From Erythrobacter sp. (lineage in GTDB: Bacteria > Pseudomonadota > Alphaproteobacteria > Sphingomonadales > Sphingomonadaceae): a DNA stretch of 64,000 nt. Each line of letters begins with the position of its first letter. Positions within the stretch are counted from its first letter, which is position 1. Position numbers and translations under genes: made by a program. Below the pieces are notes generated by a model. It did no database searches. It saw only the letters and a program-made list of their open reading frames with translations, and was not told the DNA's origin. The stretch lies in the NCBI RefSeq assembly GCF_011765465.1, contig NZ_CP050265.1, forward strand, positions 2,642,425-2,706,424, written 5' to 3'. Below, piece by piece: positions 59,498 through 64,000 of the stretch.

Positions 59498-60427
59498 TCA
59501 GTCGCCCTTGATCATTTTCGGCGAGGGCTGCGGCCGGGGAACCGGGCGCGGCGCGGGGGCCGGGGCAGGCGCGGGGATCGAGCGCGCCGCCGGGACCGTT
59601 TCCTCGCGCACCGTTTCGCGCACGATCACGCGCTGCGGCTGTTCGTAGCGGACCGGGACCATCACCATCTGCGGCGGCGGGGCATAGGAATAGCTCGGCG
59701 CGTAGCCATAGCCGTAGCCCGGATAGGCATAGCCATAGGCCGGAGCGGGGGCCGGGGCCTGCGCCGGGGAGGACGGGATGCTGCGCGAGGCGATCCGCGC
59801 CGGCTGGCCCGCGGGATAGCCGTATTGCGAGATGTAGCTGTCGAGCGCCGCCTCGCAATCATAGCGGTCGTTCTTCTTCCCCCCGCCGATCAGGTTGCCG
59901 AGCAGCAGGCCGGCCAGCCCGCCCGTACCGGCCCCGATCAGCGTGCCGGCGAGCCGTTCGCCGTCCGCGACGCGGTTGCCGATGATCCCCCCGGTGATCG
60001 CGCCGAGCAGCGCGCCGATGATGCCGCCCTTCTCGCGCTCGTCCCGGCCCGAGGTGCGGCGCTCGCATTCTTCGATCCAGCGCTCGCGCTCGAACACGAC
60101 CGGGGCCGGGCCATAGGGCTGGTAGCCGGGTGAGGGCGGCGCGCCTGCCTGCCGGGCGTAGGCTTGTCCTGTATACCCCTCGTAGCCCTCGGGGTAGGCG
60201 GGTGCCTGGGCCTCGATCCGGCGGGTGCGGGTGATCACCTCGACCCCGTCCGGGCCTTCGGTCACGTCCTCGCTCACGATCGGGCCGGTGCGATATTCGG
60301 GCGGGAGCTGGCTAACCTCTTCGGCGCTCATCGGGGCGTCCTGCGCCGCGGCGGCGGTGCCGAGCGCGAGCAGCGGAAGCCCGGCGAGCGCAAGGGTGGA
60401 ACGGACGAGACGGCGAGTGGCAGGCAT
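59498..60427 (-). CDS. Exported glycine-zipper protein with Pro/Tyr-rich low-complexity regions
   Basis: Signal peptide; GGIIGALLGAITGGIIGNRV...GTLIGAGTGGLAG glycine zipper flanked by two Cys; PAPAP and GYGY tracts. Confidence 0.75.
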   Translation of the reverse strand: MPATRRLVRSTLALAGLPLLALGTAAAAQDAPMSAEEVSQLPPEYRTGPIVSEDVTEGPDGVEVITRTRRIEAQAPAYPEGYEGYTGQAYARQAGAPPSPGYQPYGPAPVVFERERWIEECERRTSGRDEREKGGIIGALLGAITGGIIGNRVADGERLAGTLIGAGTGGLAGLLLGNLIGGGKKNDRYDCEAALDSYISQYGYPAGQPARIASRSIPSSPAQAPAPAPAYGYAYPGYGYGYAPSYSYAPPPQMVMVPVRYEQPQRVIVRETVREETVPAARSIPAPAPAPAPRPVPRPQPSPKMIKGD

Positions 60428-60592
60428 GGCGAATTCCCCCGCAGGCTGCGCCGACCCGCGTGGCGCGCGACTCGCGCCCGGTCAGGTCGGCCGAATGGTT
60501 AGGAGAAAGTTACCACCGCCACGCTCCCACGCCCAAGCGCCCCGCGCCGCGCTGTCTCGTTTCGGGGCGTTCGCGCGGGGATGCGCTAATCG

Positions 60593-61090
60593 TCAGATCC
60601 GGTCGGCGAGCAGGTCCGCGAGTGCCTCGACCCCGCGCGCGTCGGCCTCGGCGAAGCGCGCAGGCGAGGGGCTGTCGAGGTCGATCACCGCGACGACTGT
60701 GCCATCGCGCTTCACCGGCACGACCAGTTCCGAACGGCTCGCCGCGTCGCAGGCGATATGGCCGGGGAAGGCGTGGACGTCCTCGACCCGCTGCGTTTCG
60801 CCCGAAGCCGCCGCCGCGCCGCACACGCCCTGGCCGAAGGGGATGCGGATGCAGGCCGGCCGCCCCACGAATGGGCCGAGCACCAGTTCCTCGCCGCCGG
60901 ACTTGGCGGGCGCGACGCGGTAGAACCCAGCCCAGTTGAGATCGGGCAGGAATTCCCACAGGAGCGCCGCGACATTCGCCATGTTGGCGACACCGTCGGG
61001 CTCGCCCTCGGTCAGAGCGGCGGCGGCCTCGACAAGCTGGCGGTGGAGTTCTGCGGGCGCGAGGCTTTCATCGGGTCGGAAATCGAACAT
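60593..61090 (-). CDS. msrC: GAF-domain free methionine-(R)-sulfoxide reductase
   Basis: LNWAGFY, GPFVGRPAC.RI..G.GVCG and HIACD..S.SE motifs, with the three conserved Cys. Confidence 0.85.
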   Translation of the reverse strand: MFDFRPDESLAPAELHRQLVEAAAALTEGEPDGVANMANVAALLWEFLPDLNWAGFYRVAPAKSGGEELVLGPFVGRPACIRIPFGQGVCGAAAASGETQRVEDVHAFPGHIACDAASRSELVVPVKRDGTVVAVIDLDSPSPARFAEADARGVEALADLLADRI

Positions 61091-61154
61091 GGGAATGCTC
61101 CATAAGGCCAAGCGCCATTGCGGCAAGCCGCGCCGCGCACTAATCGCTGGCGAC

Positions 61155-62636
61155 ATGGCTATTCTTCGCAAGATCGCAATCGCGCTGCTGGTGATCGTCC
61201 TCGTCGTCGGCATCGCGCTCTGGTTCCTCACCCGCGGCGACACCGCCGACCTGCCGGTGGAGGAGGTCGCCGGGACCGACCCCGTATTGCAGGAGCCCGA
61301 TGCCGAGGCTTTCCCGACGGTCCAGATCGCCGATCCGGTCGGCTGGGAAGAGGGCGAGAAGCCGACCACCGCCGAGGGGCTGGTGGTGGGCCGCTTCGCC
61401 GAGGGGCTCGACCATCCGCGCGTGCTCTATGCGCTGCCGAACGGCGACATTCTCGTCACGCTCACCCGCGCGCCGGCCAAGGAAGACGATGGCGAGGGCG
61501 GGATCATGGCGACGATCGAGGGATGGGTCGCCTCCTACCTTTTCTCCAAGGCCGGCTCCGCCGGGACTTCGCCCAACCAGATCGTGCTGCTGCGCGATGC
61601 CGACGGGGACGGGGTGGCCGAGATCCGCAAGGTGATCCGCGAGGCCGACCTCGATTCGCCCTCGGGCCTGAGCTGGAAGGACGGAACGCTCTACGTCGCC
61701 AATCACGACGCGGTGCTCGCCTTCGATTACGAGCTGGGCGCCGATGCGGTGACCGGGGAGCCGCGCAAGCTGATGGACCTGCCCGCGGGGGGCAACCACT
61801 GGATGCGGAACATGGAACTCTCCCCCGACGGAGAGGAGCTTTACGTCGCGGTCGGTTCGGCCAGCAATATCGGCGAGCGCGGGATGGAAGCCGAGGCCGG
61901 CCGGGCGATGATCTGGCGCTACGACCTGACCGAAAACCGCCAGGCGCAGTTCGCCGCCGGGCTGCGCAATGCCAACGGACTCGATTTCAGCCCGTGGACG
62001 GGCGAATTGTGGACCACGGTGAACGAGCGCGATATGCTCGGATCGGACCTCGTGCCCGACTACCTCACCAATGTCCCGATCGGCGCGCAGTACGGCTGGC
62101 CGTGGCTCTACTACAAGGACAATATCGACCGCCGGGTCGAAGCGCCGATGCCGCAATACCTGATGGAATACACCCGCAATCCCGAATACGCGCTGGGCCC
62201 GCACGTCGCCGCGCTCGGGCTGGTCTTCACCCGCGGCGGGCACCGCATGGGCGAAGCTTTCGCGCGCGGCGCCTTCATCGCGCGGCACGGGTCGTGGAAC
62301 CGCAAGCCGCCCTCGGGCTATGACGTGGTCTTCGTGCCCTTCGACGATCGCGGCAACCCGGTGGGCAAGCCGAAGCCGGTGCTCGGCGGGTTCCTGCAGG
62401 GCGACGGGACGACCAATGGCCGCCCGACCTGGGTGGAGTGGGCCGAGGACGGTGCGCTGCTGGTGTCGGACGACACGGCGGGAATCATCTGGCGCACGGT
62501 CAACCCGGATACCGAGCCCGCCGCTCCGATCGAGGCGAACGAGAGCGAGCCATTGAAGCCCCGCGAGCAACTGCGCGACCCGCGCGCCGAGCGTGAGGCG
62601 CGCGCCCTGCGCGAACAGGCGGCGCAGCAGGACTAG
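61155..62636 (+). CDS. L-sorbosone dehydrogenase-like / PQQ-dependent sugar dehydrogenase family beta-propeller
   Basis: N-terminal TM; GL.HPR, NHW.R, YV.VGS.SN, GLRN..G, NERD.LG.DL.PDY and HGSWNR motifs. Confidence 0.85.
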   Translation: MAILRKIAIALLVIVLVVGIALWFLTRGDTADLPVEEVAGTDPVLQEPDAEAFPTVQIADPVGWEEGEKPTTAEGLVVGRFAEGLDHPRVLYALPNGDILVTLTRAPAKEDDGEGGIMATIEGWVASYLFSKAGSAGTSPNQIVLLRDADGDGVAEIRKVIREADLDSPSGLSWKDGTLYVANHDAVLAFDYELGADAVTGEPRKLMDLPAGGNHWMRNMELSPDGEELYVAVGSASNIGERGMEAEAGRAMIWRYDLTENRQAQFAAGLRNANGLDFSPWTGELWTTVNERDMLGSDLVPDYLTNVPIGAQYGWPWLYYKDNIDRRVEAPMPQYLMEYTRNPEYALGPHVAALGLVFTRGGHRMGEAFARGAFIARHGSWNRKPPSGYDVVFVPFDDRGNPVGKPKPVLGGFLQGDGTTNGRPTWVEWAEDGALLVSDDTAGIIWRTVNPDTEPAAPIEANESEPLKPREQLRDPRAEREARALREQAAQQD

Positions 62637-63457
62637 AGCCGCTTGCCCGCGCGCCCGGCCAGTTCGGTGGCGAATTGCAGCGCGGTGCGGCCCGACCTGT
62701 TCCCGCGCGCGATGGCGAAGCCGAGCGCTTCCTCCTCGTCGAAGGCGAGTCCAGCAGGCTCGGTGTATCCGCGCAGGATCGCAAGATAGGTCTCCCGGTC
62801 CGCCGGATGGAAGGCGAGTGTCAGTCCGAACCGGTCGGCCAGCGCCAGCGCATCGTCGCGTTCGTCGCGTTCGTGGAGCGCGCCCGCCTCCGCCTCCTCG
62901 CGGCGCACAATCGCGCGGCGGTTCGAGGTCACGGCGATGCGGACATGAGGCGGGCGCGGAACCACGCCCCCGTCGAGCAGGCTGCGCAGCGCAAGCATAT
63001 CCGCGCGGCCCTCTGGCCCGAAGCCGAGATCGTCGATGAACAGGAGGAAAGCGCGGTCCTCGCCGGCGAGCGCTTCGATCAGCGCGGGAAATCCCGAAAG
63101 CGAACCGGGTGCGAGCTGGACCAGCGCGATGCGGCCCGGCCTATCCTCTTCCAGCGCCGCAATTGAGGCGCGCACCAGCGCAGACTTACCCATGCCGCGC
63201 GCGCCCCACAGGAGCACGTCGTGCGCCGCCGCTCCCTGAGCCAGCCGGGTTAGGTTGTCCATCAGCGCGCGCTTCTGATCGTCCACCCCGCGCAAGCTAT
63301 CGAGCGGCAGCGCGTCGATCCGAGCGACCGGATGTGCCGCGCTCCCGTCCCAGCGATAGGCCGGCGCGCTGCGCCAATCGGTGGGGCGCGGCGCGGGCGG
63401 GGCGATGCGCTCGAGCGCCGCGGCGATCCGTTCGAGCAGCGCGCGGCTCTCGTCCAC
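62633..63457 (-). CDS. DUF815-family AAA+ ATPase
   Basis: LLWGARGMGKS, FIDDL.F, TSNRR, L.DRFGL and GNRSGR.A.QF motifs. Confidence 0.88.
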   Translation of the reverse strand: MDESRALLERIAAALERIAPPAPRPTDWRSAPAYRWDGSAAHPVARIDALPLDSLRGVDDQKRALMDNLTRLAQGAAAHDVLLWGARGMGKSALVRASIAALEEDRPGRIALVQLAPGSLSGFPALIEALAGEDRAFLLFIDDLGFGPEGRADMLALRSLLDGGVVPRPPHVRIAVTSNRRAIVRREEAEAGALHERDERDDALALADRFGLTLAFHPADRETYLAILRGYTEPAGLAFDEEEALGFAIARGNRSGRTALQFATELAGRAGKRL

Positions 63458-63461
63458 CGGA

Positions 63462-64000
63462 TCAGCCCGCGAGCTTTTCCGTGGGCAGCGCGTAGAGCAG
63501 GTCCGCCCCGCCGATCGCGCCCGCCTTCAGCCCGCTCGCTTCGCCCACGATCCGGTCGAGGAAGAAGCGCACGGTGACGGGCTTCGTTTCCGCCAGTGCC
63601 GGGGCGCTGCCTTCGGCGACCGCGGCGAGCTGCTTCGTCAGCTGCCACCCGGCGACCGCGACGGCGGCCATGGTGCAGAAGGGGACGCTTCCCGCGAGCC
63701 TGTCATCGAGGCTTGCCTCGTCCCGCATCCAGCGCGCGACGTTTGCGCAGTCGGTGGCGAGCGCGGCCAGCGCCGGTTCGTCCGCCGCATCGCGCGCGAT
63801 TTCCTCGAACAGCGCGATCATCGGCTCGCCGCCTTCGAGGCCGAGCTTGCGGGTGACGAGGTCGGCCGCCTGGATGCCGTTCGTGCCTTCGTAGATCGGG
63901 GCGATCTTCGAATCGCGCCAGTGCTGCGCCGCGCCGGTTTCCTCGACGAAGCCCATGCCGCCGTGGACCTGGATGCCGATCCCGGCGACTTCGACCCCGA
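63462..64000 (-). CDS. Acyl-CoA dehydrogenase, C-terminal part (5' end outside the window)
   Basis: GIQVHGGMGF.EETGAAQ.WRD..I.PIYEGTNGIQA.DL motif. Confidence 0.92.
   Translation of the reverse strand, partial: GVEVAGIGIQVHGGMGFVEETGAAQHWRDSKIAPIYEGTNGIQAADLVTRKLGLEGGEPMIALFEEIARDAADEPALAALATDCANVARWMRDEASLDDRLAGSVPFCTMAAVAVAGWQLTKQLAAVAEGSAPALAETKPVTVRFFLDRIVGEASGLKAGAIGGADLLYALPTEKLAG

Overview
High-GC alphaproteobacterial chromosome segment. Gene order and content point to Sphingomonadales, probably Erythrobacteraceae (inference). It is mostly core genome and appears to contain the replication-origin region: the intergenic gap between the PEP-synthetase/PPDK regulatory kinase gene (with maf-aroE-coaE-dnaQ) and hemE-hemJ-rho carries degenerate DnaA boxes and an AT-rich tract, and seven parS-like palindromes are spread over the mnmE-mnmG-rsmG-parA-parB block, five of them inside coding sequence. 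Also present: a Rrf2-suf Fe-S operon with two embedded accessory genes, pyrD-ggt, a thiS-thiG fusion, ctaA-cutA, rplM-rpsI, a LytTR two-component system beside a UrcA-family gene, fumC, pcm-tolC-popZ, tandem BLUF genes, and a three-gene DUF4402 / chaperone-like / usher-like surface-structure cluster whose large gene is split by one in-frame TAG. No tRNA, rRNA, CRISPR array, transposase or integrase was recognised. The strongest candidates for undescribed biology are (i) a densely structured, terminator-capped non-coding region of about 290 nt between the DUF885 gene and pyrD that matched no housekeeping RNA I could recognise, and (ii) the putative non-canonical pilus cluster with CtrA-like boxes. 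All product calls come from motif recognition by eye; no database searches were run.
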